From: Spironucleus salmonicida
Lineage: Eukaryota
Direction: 5' to 3'
Assembly: GCF_000497125.1 (NCBI RefSeq)
Contig: NC_090601.1
Span: 1,488,001 to 1,552,000, forward strand
DNA: 64,000 nt
Shown here piece after piece: positions 25,319-36,706 of this stretch (position 1 is the stretch's first letter; each line of letters begins with the position of its first letter). The notes under the pieces were generated by a model. It did no database searches and had not been told where the DNA came from. It saw only the letters and a program-made list of their open reading frames with translations. Position numbers and translations under genes: made by a program.

Positions 25319-25813
25319 ATGAACCCATCCTAATCACTTTTTGAACTGGAAACCCGTCTCGCCGATCCAAAAATAGACATAGTATCATTGAATAATATAT
25401 TATCAATAGCAAAAAGTTTGCCATTACCAGATTCATCGTAGATTTCACAAAGAATTTTTTAGGATAGGTTGTCATAAGTGATTTTAGACTGTGAAATGTA
25501 GCTAAATACATTTAAGGTAATAGATTAAAAGTTTAACTAAGTTTCTTCAAATAATTATTAGTCATTTAATGAAACAAATCGCATATTCGATGAAACTATT
25601 GAAATGGCAGGAAATGCATAGAGTATTTTAAATCACTAAACAGCAATATTAAAAAATATACATTTAAAAGTTTTAAGTGTTGCTGGAAAGTTAGAGATAG
25701 GTGGAAAGACAGTCGACTAAATTCTTCGCATAGAGCAATTAGGAGGGTTTATAAGAGCAATCGCCGTAGGTTTAATTATAGTTATTTGGTTATGCATAAA
25801 AATTTTAATGTGA
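25319..25813 (+). CDS. Qb-SNARE, membrin/Bos1-like (164 aa)
   Basis: SNARE motif DETIEMAGNAQSILNHQTAILKNIHLKVLSVAGKL followed by a C-terminal TM segment. Confidence 0.78.
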
Positions 25814-26035
25814 GCGATATGTATTTTATTATTTTAGGGTATATTTGTTAAGTAAACAATATTTATATAAATGCACGTTAACATAAAATTATAATAAATA
25901 TTGTAAACTGTAGAATTAGATGATATAACATGTTTTTTGATATGATTACTTATTTTATGTACATAACTGAGACAGTAACATAAAATAAGATTATTATATA
26001 ATATTATATATATAAATTTTTCGCTCCGTTTTCAA

Positions 26036-26269
26036 ATGGAATCTGTTGACTAAGAAATGTAAGCACTAGAAGCCTTTGTTAAAAGGCTCGAATTCTTGGT
26101 TTCTCAGAAGGAACTTGTAGCTAAAGAATTAGAAAGTACTTATGGTCAGATGAAAGATGAAATTAATATGCGTAAGTAAGCTAAATACGGAAATACTTCA
26201 GGTATATTCATTGTTTCAGCTTTAGCTCTTGCCTGTGTTGTTGTAGGTCTAAAGTGGATTATTAATTGA
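26036..26269 (+). CDS. Small tail-anchored coiled-coil protein (77 aa)
   Basis: Coiled coil followed by GIFIVSALALACVVVGLKWIIN*. Confidence 0.7.
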
Positions 26270-26362
26270 TACAAAATGATTATTATTTAATTTTAAAATT
26301 TTAAAAACTGATATTATTTAATATTATAATATAAATAAATTCCGTTTCATTTCCACTTTACA

Positions 26363-29300
26363 ATGGCTTATGTCCCACCTGGCGGTCGTCCTACTACTGC
26401 ATATGTTCCCCCTTAAGGAAGAACAATAAATACTGAGGCTTAATCTACTACTTTTGTCCCAACAGGAGCTAATCAACCTGTTTTAGAAGCAATGACTCTT
26501 TTCTAGCATCAACCAGTGAAAGTAGAAAAGAAAGAGTTAACAATTCAAGAATTATCTACGGAGTATCTAAAATAATTCTAATCTGCCAAGTTTTCTACTA
26601 AACAAAAACCTAAGGTAATATCTGAATAAACTTAAAAGGCATTAACTTCAAGAAATGTTGAGAGAAAGCAAAAGGCTCCTAAAAATATGGAGCTTACTGA
26701 TGCTGGAAAATCTAACTTATTATAACTTCATAATGTTGCATTAGATATTTAAAAGGATATTGACGAGAAAAAACCTATTCATGTTATATTATAAAACTAC
26801 ATTCTTTACACGCAGAATACTCATTTGCCAATGTATATAGATACATATAGATCTGATATTATTATAACAACAATGAGTTTTATAGGTTTACTTTTCGAAT
26901 CACGTTAAGTCAATATTATATACAAAGTATTAGATACTGTTAAAGGTGTTTATTTCAAGTTTTTCCCATAAATCTAAGAAGAAATTCTTAATTTTATACT
27001 AGTTAAGACATTAGATCTAGTAACATTACTTCCAGAGAAATATACTGCAAAAATTTAGAATTCCCTTATCTTTTATAATGAAAAACTTTCTGGCGAAGAA
27101 GATACTATTTTCTTTATTTTCTCACTTACATTTAAAGTTATGTAGTTCGCGGCTACATGTTTCTACCCAACCGTATTCTGTGAGGCTTGTAGTAAGCTTA
27201 TGATGATTTCAGTTACTTTCGCTCGTTACGAAGAATTGTAGTAAATTATTGACACAGCTGAGTAGTTTTCTTGGGAAGATAATTTTTATGATGATTACTC
27301 AAGTGCTTATGTATAAAAGTTAGTATATTTACTTAGAGCAGATATGATTTCAGCTCTTCTAGCTGTTGCTGATTATGAAAATTGTTATAAACTTTTAGTA
27401 TCTACTAGCTCTCTAGTCAAAGTAAATTTAGAGCAACAGTTTGTTGATATTGATGATATTCATATTGAATTATTAAGATTAGTTAAACTTAGTATCAAAT
27501 ATTTTAGTTTAACTAATCAATATCTTTACTAGGCACAATGCTAAGAAAGCTTTATTAGACTAAGTATCGCGTTCAATATCGATGTTGATCAGCTCTAAAA
27601 CTATGCTGATGAAGCTGTTATCTTAATTAACTGCCTTCCACATATTTTGAGCAAAAATTTCGTGCCTAACTTCATGCTAACAGCCAACTATAATTTCTCT
27701 TTAACAACATAGGTTTAAGACATCTCTTATATGTTCATTTCGGACACTATTGCACCATCTTAAGATATTTACAACTTAATGTCCTTAAAACAAGGCGTTA
27801 GAAGCAAAATTTACGGATCTGTGAATTCGTACGTAAAAATTTCTAATGAATTAATTAGCTTTTTAACAGTGTTCTGTCAATTTCCTCAATACTTTTAAGA
27901 TCCAGAAATGTATTTACAATCAGCTAAAGCAGCATTATAATCCTACTCCGCTTCAAAATTCACCATCAGCCTAGTCGCTTTCGCTGATAAAATAACAGAG
28001 AAGTTCTTCACTAACGCAATTGCTCTTTTCTTGATTTAAAGCATCCAAACTGGCAAAAACAACCTGAAAATAGACGAAATTTCGCAATTTGTTCTCACTT
28101 AACTATAATCTCTCTATCCAAACGACGAAATCAACGTTCCGACGTCATCACTCGCGCTCGTTAGGCTCATTTTACCGCTTGTTAAGCTCCCAATTTTCGC
28201 AAATTCAAACATCAAATTCTCCCTAATTTCACGCGAATTCACGTTCAGATAAGCGAAACTGATCAAAACGAAGCAAGAATTTGATGAAATGAACGTCAAA
28301 TTTACGCAAATTTCAGATTTCAAGCCCCAGCAGTCAAAATTCTACAATTCCGGAATTCTCTGCGACGCCCTGAAACTCGTCAAACAGACCCACAAACCAG
28401 CCCATTTGACCGCTTTGAATTTTGCAGAAATCATCGTCAAAAACAAGCTTCAAATCGCTGAAACGGAGCTCAAAAAGAGGAAAGAATTCGAGGAAAAGCA
28501 AAATGCCGAAATGAAGCTTTCAGAGCAGCGCGATAAAGAGCTCAAAAAGTTGGCTGAAATCAAGCAGGAGGCAGACAAAATGAAACGTGTTTTTACTGAT
28601 ATAATCACGAAGCATATTCTTAGCAGAGCCAACGACGACGAGGAACTCTCAGTGTACTTAAAATCGATCAATCTGTCGAATTTGAAACCTATTTAGTGGC
28701 AGGGAGAACTTATGAAAAAAGAAGCAGAATTCAACAGAAAACGGCTCCAGGACAGGTAGAATTTGCTCAACAGTCAGACCCAAAAAGTGGAAGCGTAGAT
28801 CTATTATATCAGATAACTTCAAATTGAAGAGCGTAAAAATACTTACATGACATAGGTGGAAGGGTTGAATCAGATGCTCAAAGAAATCGTCCCAATCCGT
28901 TTTGAGCAGGAAACTGCGAGCTTTGAGGCGAGTAAAACGCTCAAACTCCACTTAGCTGATATAGGAGATTATCAATTACTTGTGACAGAGCAGAAAACAA
29001 AATTCGATGAATATTACGACGAAGAGGCTGCGATTTTCGAGCAAAAAGTTGAAGAATTGGCAGCCAAACTGAAAGCCGAAAGCGACGCTGAAAAGGCAAA
29101 AATTTTGTCCTAAGAGGAAGCAGAAAAGTAGAAAGCTGAATTGGAATTGGAGAAAATGAGGCAGAAGAGCTTGTTAGAAGCGAAAAAGGTAGCCGAGACT
29201 AAAGTTTACAGACCTGGACAGGGCAGTGGCGCGTATGTTCCAGGTGGAAACGGAAGTATATACAGACCTGGGCAAGGGAGCGGAAATCCGTATGTGCCGA

Positions 29301-29389
29301 AATCTACAGTTATAAAGCCGGCCCAGGGCGGTGCGTATGTACCATAGGGGAAACCTGGGATTTACGTACCACCTGATGCCAGAAAGTGA
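26363..29389 (+). CDS. eIF3 subunit A-like protein, divergent (1008 aa)
   Basis: One frame links the track ORFs at 27344, 28289, 28856 and 29141. Helical region, charged coiled coil (IYYIRQLQIEERK), terminal YVP repeats. The gene is well supported; the product call is tentative. Confidence 0.6.
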
Positions 29390-29777
29390 GCGGTTGGTAT
29401 AATTTTTTGGGGTCTGGGGCAGGGGAGCAGAATTAGCGTTCGCTGTTGAAGTTCTAAATGTTTATGTTGTAAATAACAGCTTTCTAAGTGATTTAGAGAT
29501 TTGGTGTATTATTCAAATTTAATCGCAAGGAATCGTCGGTGCTTCGAAACCAGCTGTTGACAGTACATCACATAGTGAATTAAATATAAAGGATAGCGTA
29601 TTGTAAAGCTAGTTAATATGAAATCCACTAGAAAGAAAAAATAATAGCGAAAAACTGAAGTTTTGGTAGATTGACGTACCCCGAAAATCTCGCAAATATC
29701 TTTATTATATATCGTTATCTGAAATGTACTATTCCATAAAATTATATATTCAAGAATATCATTTATACTACCCAAGA

Positions 29778-30068
29778 ATGGAGCACGTGGACTACGCACC
29801 GAACACGGCGGAGTACCAGCACCTCTCGGCGGAGGAGCGCCGCATCTGGCGCAGCGACAACTTCCCGCGGATGACGCAGCACCAGGTGTACCAGTTCTAC
29901 TTCGACGTGATCGCCCCCATGGAGGCGGAGTTCGGGGAGGACGCGATCGCGGCGGAGCTGGACGAGGACTTCCCGGACCTGGAACTGCAGATCCAGGAGC
30001 TGGAGCAGGAGCACGCTGACACGGAGCAGCGGTACGTGCAGCTGCGGCGCACGATGACTGGCAAGTGA
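29778..30068 (+). CDS. Acidic 96-aa hypothetical protein (cassette copy 2)
   Basis: Protein identical to that of 23368-23658. Confidence 0.8.
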   Translation: MEHVDYAPNTAEYQHLSAEERRIWRSDNFPRMTQHQVYQFYFDVIAPMEAEFGEDAIAAELDEDFPDLELQIQELEQEHADTEQRYVQLRRTMTGK

Positions 30069-30126
30069 CTGAGGCTCTCACTCCCGGGGCGCATGCTTCC
30101 CCCGCTCGCTCACCGAGCCCGCGCGT

Positions 30127-30285
30127 TCATTCGGCGCGGTCTGCCTTCTTGGCCACCCTCCGCGCCGCGGGCCTGGCGGCCTTTGGCTCCTTGGGCGGCT
30201 ACTTCTGGACCGGCTGTGTCTGTGTCTTGGCCGCCTGCTCCTGCTTCCTCTTCTCGGCCAGGGCGGTTCTCCTGCGTCAGGCCAT
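30127..30285 (-). pseudogene. Basic mini-ORF with TGA at codon 3 (cassette copy 2)
   Basis: Same as 23151-23309 except one Ala/Val change. Confidence 0.5.
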
Positions 30286-30311
30286 TCCGGAGTGGGGAGT
30301 ATACAAAGTGG

Positions 30312-31079
30312 TCATTCCAGGCAGAAGCGCGGCTGGGCGGCGTAGTCGAAGCGCACGAAGCGTAGGTTGTCGGGGCGTACCAGGTGCTGCGGCACCTCCT
30401 CGCCGAGCCCCCGCGACGCCTCGGCCCGGCGCGCGACCTGGCACATCTGGTTCCCGTTTACCGCCACTAGCAATAGAGTGAATAGTGATTGAGCGTACCT
30501 TGCGAGTTCTCTAGCTATGGCAAGTTGCATCAAAACAGTACGGGATCGATAATCATCATCTTAATTAAAATACTATTATAAATAAGCATCCTTAACAAAA
30601 AAAGCTACATTTTGCATCAGAAACAGTATAGTGTATTTAAACATTTGCATGCAAAGCTAAATAAAAGAAAGTCGAATTGTTCGTGTGAAAGTTCCTGCAG
30701 CTGCTAATAATATTACCATGATTAATCCAACGTTAAGAAGGATTGATGTGTTTTCTAACTGTGGTAGTCTCACTTGAGAACCGGATGAAAGCTCTAGAAT
30801 CAATAGAACAGTTTAAAATGAGACGCAAAGTAGAATAACTATAGGCTCATAAAACTTAGATATACTTTAAAATGTAGATAACTAGATCCTATATGAAAAG
30901 TTCATGATGATAGGGGCAAAAATAATGGGTATGACGATTGATATTGAAATAATAACTATATAAAAATACTTTACATATGCAGCTGACTGTACAGTAGTTA
31001 TATATTACAAAATATCTTGGAATTTATTTGGGAGTTACTAGTAATAGTCCCTATAATGTTCGTTTATAATTTCACTCAT
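30312..31079 (-). CDS. Multi-pass membrane protein (255 aa) whose last ~54 codons lie inside the GC-rich cassette
   Basis: Continuous code-6 frame MSEIINEHY...YIVIISISIVIPIIFAPII...LLLVAVNGNQMCQ...PRFCLE* with several hydrophobic segments. Confidence 0.75.
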
Positions 31080-32050
31080 TTAAAAATTTAATTTAATTTA
31101 TAATCCTTAATATAAATGGTTTAATTTATAAAGTTCTGAGATTGATAATTTATATATTCAATTATTATCTTAAATATTATATATTATATTAAGAGTACAC
31201 CGAAAACTATTAACAATTATTAATAGTTACTTAATATATAGAATCTACTAAATGTAAAACTTTTATTTGTTATTAAAATGGTAAGTTTCTTAGTTTATGA
31301 AAATCAAAAGTTAAATCTATGATAATTAATAAAGCAACAGAAATTAAAGAATAAAATTAATTATTATTACTATATATCATTAAACTTCTAGATAGTTTGC
31401 ATAATTATTTATGATAATTTGTTAAAAAGTTTATTTATCTAGATCATAAACTAAACATCTCAAATATCAGTATAGCAACTTTTTGATATAAGTAAATTGT
31501 AGTTACTATTTTTCAGATATATATTTAAAATAATTTATAATTTCTCCTAGTATTATATAATATATAGTATCGAGTAAAAGTATATTAACTATATATTACA
31601 TAAATTAAATCTCTTAAAAAAAATTAGAGTATTATCTCTTAATTTTAAAAAGGATAAGCTTCATAAACATTAGTATTAATATTTAGTTGATGCAAGTGAA
31701 ATTGTATACTATTTTGTTAAACGTTAATTAAAATTTATAAAAAAATTATAGTTCTATAAACAAGTTACGTAATTTTGTTACTAATTTTTTAATGCACTAT
31801 ATATTCTTCATAATATTTTTAAATAAACTATATTAATGGTTCTTATATCTTTGTTATGAATTAAATACTAAACTTTATTAATATGTACTGACGTATTAAA
31901 TATTATAAACATAAAAAGGAGAAATTTTTGATAATTAGAAAATATTATAAATGCTGAATTTATACAATGAATATGCAATTTCGTTATAATATCCAGTTGA
32001 CTTTTATACCAAAGAATACATATATTTAATTATACTGAAATTTCCCAAAT

Positions 32051-32584
32051 TCACTAGCTATCAGTAGCTGCTTCCCATGCTACTTCATAATCCCATTCAA
32101 CACATTTTCCTTCAATTAGTTCCAGTTTTTAACATTTCCATTGTTTTCCTTCTGCAATTCCTACCTCTATTGCAAAATCGTAGCTCAAATTTTAATAATT
32201 CTTGGTTAAGCTACTAGTCAAATCAGCTGCTGTCTGTCTGTTTAGTTTAGGTTGGAACTCCATCTTGACAATTAAATGATTTGCATGAAATTCATCATCT
32301 TTAATAGAAAAAACTGTACAAATGCCACTAATTTTTTGATATTTACAAGTTTTCTAGTCCATTTAGCGTTTTTTGGCAAAGAAATCATCTCTAAAAGGAT
32401 ATGTTTTTTAGCCATACTAATTATATACATAATTATTACTAATTCTATTCTATTTTTCAATATGTGTAAGGAAATCGATCTCTTCAAGATTTTATTGTGT
32501 CAAATGAGATTACATGAAGTACGATGATGGGAAAATATCTGGGATAAGTGTAAAGTTAAATACTTAGATAGTGAAAAATAGCAT
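32051..32584 (-). CDS. Hypothetical, possibly secreted protein (177 aa)
   Basis: MLFFTIQVF...WDYEVAWEAATDSQ*, strong C-rich tract upstream, TAG-TGA end. Confidence 0.7.
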
Positions 32585-32818
32585 TATTGGAAGGGATGGG
32601 TTGGATATGTGTGGAAGGAAATTAGTAATCATAAAATAATAAAATAATGGCTACAAATTTTAATGTAGAATTGAATGGAAATTAGATTTTAATTTTTAAA
32701 TGCGTAATATTTATAAAAGTTTTGGTATAGCTTATATAAAATTCTAGTTCTTTGTTTTTATTTTGTTTGTTGGATATTATTTTTAAAGTATAGGACAAAA
32801 CATTTATTTGTAATTTAA

Positions 32819-33243
32819 ATGGGAAATGAAAACTCTGCTATGTACCAAGATTTATAAACAATGTAAGACGATGTTATAGCATTGAGAAAAAAGAAAAACT
32901 CAAATAAATTACCACCATGGATTTCATCCTGTTAATTACCAACATAACCATCTTCAGCTATTTTATCTTATACACATTCTGGTAAAGCACGTTCAGATAG
33001 AGAACAGTGTGAAATTATTCCATAATCCAAAATACTGTTCCAAAATCAGAGTAAGACAAGCAATTAACATAAAATTTATCAAAAGTTTCTTTATTTTAAA
33101 AAAATTGTGAAGATAGTAGCAATATTTGGCGCTGCTCGGATTATAAATAACAGGAAGTAGGAGCTATTGATGATATTGGCATTATCAAACGAAAATGTAA
33201 AGCCGATATGTTTTGCATGCAGCTAGAAGACTCAGATAACTGA
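32819..33243 (+). pseudogene. Myristoylation-motif protein (MGNENS) with an apparent 1-bp frameshift
   Basis: The start frame runs on into the next gene's promoter. The -1 frame gives a natural-looking C-terminus ending at TGA 33243. Confidence 0.4.
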
Positions 33244-33334
33244 TTAGGGTATTTAATAAATTAGTGACTGCATTATTATATTTTATATAGTACAATTATT
33301 TATCCGCTCATTTTCCAAAACTCCTTAGTAGAAA

Positions 33335-33958
33335 ATGAAGGTTTAAAACCATAAACTTAAAGTGCTTAATCCATCCTTTAAATTAACAAATAAGTTAATT
33401 TATGTTGATTATATGGCGCCCAAAAAAACTACCCTACCAGAATGTGATTGCTATGAATCTGGCGAACTCCGAAGATTATAAATTGAGTGTGGGGGAAGAA
33501 ACTGCTTGAACAATATACTTTAAACTAGAAAATTCCCTAAAACAGTAGTCAGGCTTACTGAAGCTAAAGGACATGGGCTCTTTGCAACTGAAAAAATTCT
33601 GAAAAATTAAATTATTGGGGAATACACAGGTGAAGTACTGAATGAAGATTCAGTGGCCTAACGTTTGATAAAGGACACACATTTCTATGCAATTTAACTC
33701 ACTGCTAAAAAGTATATCGATGCTAGTAAAACTGGCTCTAAAATGCGATTTATTAACCATTCTTGTGAACCAAATGCTGAAACATAGACTTGGTTTGTCG
33801 GTGATGAACGCCGGATCGCATTGTGTACCTTACGAGATATAAATTAGGGAGAAGAAATAACTTTTGACTATTAATTTGAATAATGGGGTGGTGAGAAGTA
33901 AGTATGTTATTGTGGAAGCAAGTGCTGCACTGGTTATATGGAAAAAGGAGTTGTGTGA
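33335..33958 (+). CDS. SET-domain histone methyltransferase, SET2/NSD-like (207 aa)
   Basis: KGHGLFA, IGEYTGEV, RFINHSCEPN, GEEITFDY, post-SET CYCGSKCCTG. Confidence 0.93.
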
Positions 33959-34088
33959 GTTATTCTTATTTTATTTGTAGAATAGATTGTGTGTAAAAAC
34001 TTAGTATTATATGATATGTGAGTTTTTTGTATTAAACAAGCTACTCGAATATTATATACTATTATGATTAATAAAATAGATAGAATAA

Positions 34089-34685
34089 ATGTTTAAAGGC
34101 TGTTAAAAAAAACCTAGATAAACTGCTAATGTAGAAATATTTCCTGTCAAAAATTAACCTATTTTGGTTGAAAACTATAGTCCTAAACCATCTATATATA
34201 ATAACTCTACATAACTTACACCATTAAATATTACTCCTAAATAAATTATTTCTAAAGATCCATTAGTATAAACATCATACATGCATAACCTCTAGCAGAA
34301 CGCATAAAGAGCAGTCGCAGCTTTATTGAAAAGTGATACGATAGATTATAGTTCTACCATAAAAACCTCTGGAAATGTTGTTCAAACTTATTAGTTATCA
34401 CATTCATCATCTTAAAATTTCGATATATATCCAGCTGAAGAGATCGAATACACCGTGGTACGCAATAAAAATGTCCAATAAGATAACTTTGAGCTAATTA
34501 AAAACGATATTAAGCTATCGGGTAAATTTAATACTCTTCCTCCTTTAAAACCGCTTCCGAACATATCAAAACCGGTGAACATTTCAATATAATCCCTCAA
34601 TTAAAAATATTACTCAAATGAAGAAAGGGAGTTCTTAAAGTCGATTGGGTAAGATATAAGCGAAATAACAAATGATGATGAATGA
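34089..34685 (+). CDS. Hypothetical protein (198 aa)
   Basis: MFKGCQKKP...EITNDDE*. Confidence 0.65.
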
Positions 34686-34696
34686 AATAATGTACA

Positions 34697-36259
34697 TCAC
34701 AATTTTAGTTCTCTAACAATATCCTCCCCCTCAGGGTTGTTCTCCAGCTCGCTGAAATTCTGCTCTTCTGCCTCAAATTCTTCCTCCGGTTATTAAATCT
34801 GATCCTCAATAATTGGTTCAAATTTCATTTCTGTAGCATCCTGACCTTCTTCATTTTTACCTATAATTGAAAGTTTTAAAATCTCGCTATTTTGTCTTAA
34901 TTCTCTCAATTTTTATTACAAACCATCTGTAACATATCCATCTACAAAAATACGATCAAGCTCTTTATCGTCCGCCTAGCTCCTAATCAACTTAATAGCA
35001 TCACAATCAGTTACTATAGCATTTCGTATACGCTTGATTTCCTTTTAGTAAACTGGAACATGAGATTTTTGAACTTTGCCAAACGAAAACTTTACATTAA
35101 AACCTGGCGCAATACATCCACCTGCCAGAGCTTCCCCAACCTATGAAAGAATAGAAATTAGCCAATTAGATGCTTCTGGTAAACATATAAGTCTGTATGC
35201 GTCAAATTTATCAAACCCACATACGTTCTAATAATAAATAACAAGCGTCTTAACAATTTCCAATTATAATTATTCGTGCCAAAATGAACTATCTACAAGC
35301 CCCTTTGGATGTACTAATGTTTCAAAAAATTTCATTTTACCATTTTAATCAAACATTTTACCACGATATTAGTTTATATTAACCGTGAAAGCAGCATAGG
35401 GTAGTGGCTTAATAGTATGAATAAACATATTAATTAGCTGATTTTAAATGCTAAAATATCCAGTAAACGATTTTGACATCAATCTATATAGTTTTAAAAT
35501 AGCAGCAAAATGTGTCTTAAAATGAATCATTGTAGTAGTGAATTATTCAATAATTTGACTAACACCAAACTCTAGTTCTTAAGTATTTGCTGACACAATT
35601 AAAAGTTACAAAATAAGCATTATCTTATCATTAAAAACTAATTCGATTTTGAGACCAGATTTTGACTTATCCATTTTAGATGCTTTCTAACCACTCCAAA
35701 ACAATGTTCCTTTTCCGCTTTAGCAGAAATTTATATGCGAAATAAGCTGTTTGTATACTGATGAATGAAATTTTAAAATAAAACTAGAATCTTAAAAATT
35801 TAAAATCGCTGCTGCATGTGATGATTAGTTTAATGGAGTTAACTTTAAGAAAGATTTAAATAGGTCGATTGACTGGAGTGACTGAAATGCAATTTAAAGG
35901 AAAGCTATTTTTGCTGGACAGGAAGGTAGTGGAAGAACTACTTTTAGCAATTTCGAATAATTTTCAGATGTGAAAAGATGTTTATTTTTAATTATTAATG
36001 CAAAAAAGAGTGTTTAGTTAGTAGAGAATGGGGTAGTTGCAGATAGATGCGTAGGCAGAGAATCAGTATTGACAGCTAATTCTGTTAGAATTATAAGAAT
36101 GTCTTTTTATGCCTATGGAGAAGTAGCATGTTAAAGATATAATGATGGGTCTGGATGTGTTTTTAAACCTTTCAATAATTGTGGTGTAATTTTTATATTT
36201 GTAGTCTCATTTTCAGAGGCGAAAGAACCGTCTGAATAGTCAGAAGATAATTATGACAT
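34697..36259 (-). CDS. Hypothetical protein, possibly Noc2-like (520 aa)
   Basis: In-frame ATG and TGA, helical body, acidic tail ending EDIVRELKL. The family call is weak. Confidence 0.55.
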
Positions 36260-36328
36260 TTGGGAAGTGAAAAAGAAAGTGTTAATACTCAATAATATAT
36301 AATAGTGCACTATATTCAATAAATCAAA

Positions 36329-36697
36329 ATGCAGAAGAGGATGGAGGTATTTGTGAAAAATGATTTACCAGTTGTTATTGAGTCTTTAGAGACCAGAGTA
36401 AATGAGTAATGCTAATAAATAGAAAAATACCAATAAAGTATCCAAGATTAATTACAAAAATATGATAAGTTGCTGAATGAGATATAAACTTCTCCAGAAG
36501 TAGTTAATTTGACTGAGATATAAAATAATATTAAAGAATTAGAGAAAAGAAGTTAAAATGCCTATATTGAGGCTAAAAAAGTGTCAGATAAAATAATATC
36601 GTATAAGCAAAAATTAGAAAAAGAGGTCGAAAAATAACACCAACAAACAAATCATATTGTGTAGTAAATCTAGGAAAAACTAGGCAAAATTGAGTGA
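36329..36697 (+). CDS. Small coiled-coil protein (122 aa)
   Basis: Heptad-rich, ends GAG-TGA. Confidence 0.7.
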
Positions 36698-36706
36698 AAA
36701 ATAAAC

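Larger units (their letters stand above)
29764..30473 (+). repeat. 710-bp GC-rich cassette, copy 2
   Basis: Reverse complement of 22963-23672. Confidence 0.96.

Noticed and set aside
29390-29763. Small gene between the eIF3a-like gene and cassette copy 2
   Set aside because: Several short minus-strand frames are possible, but none has motif or signal support.
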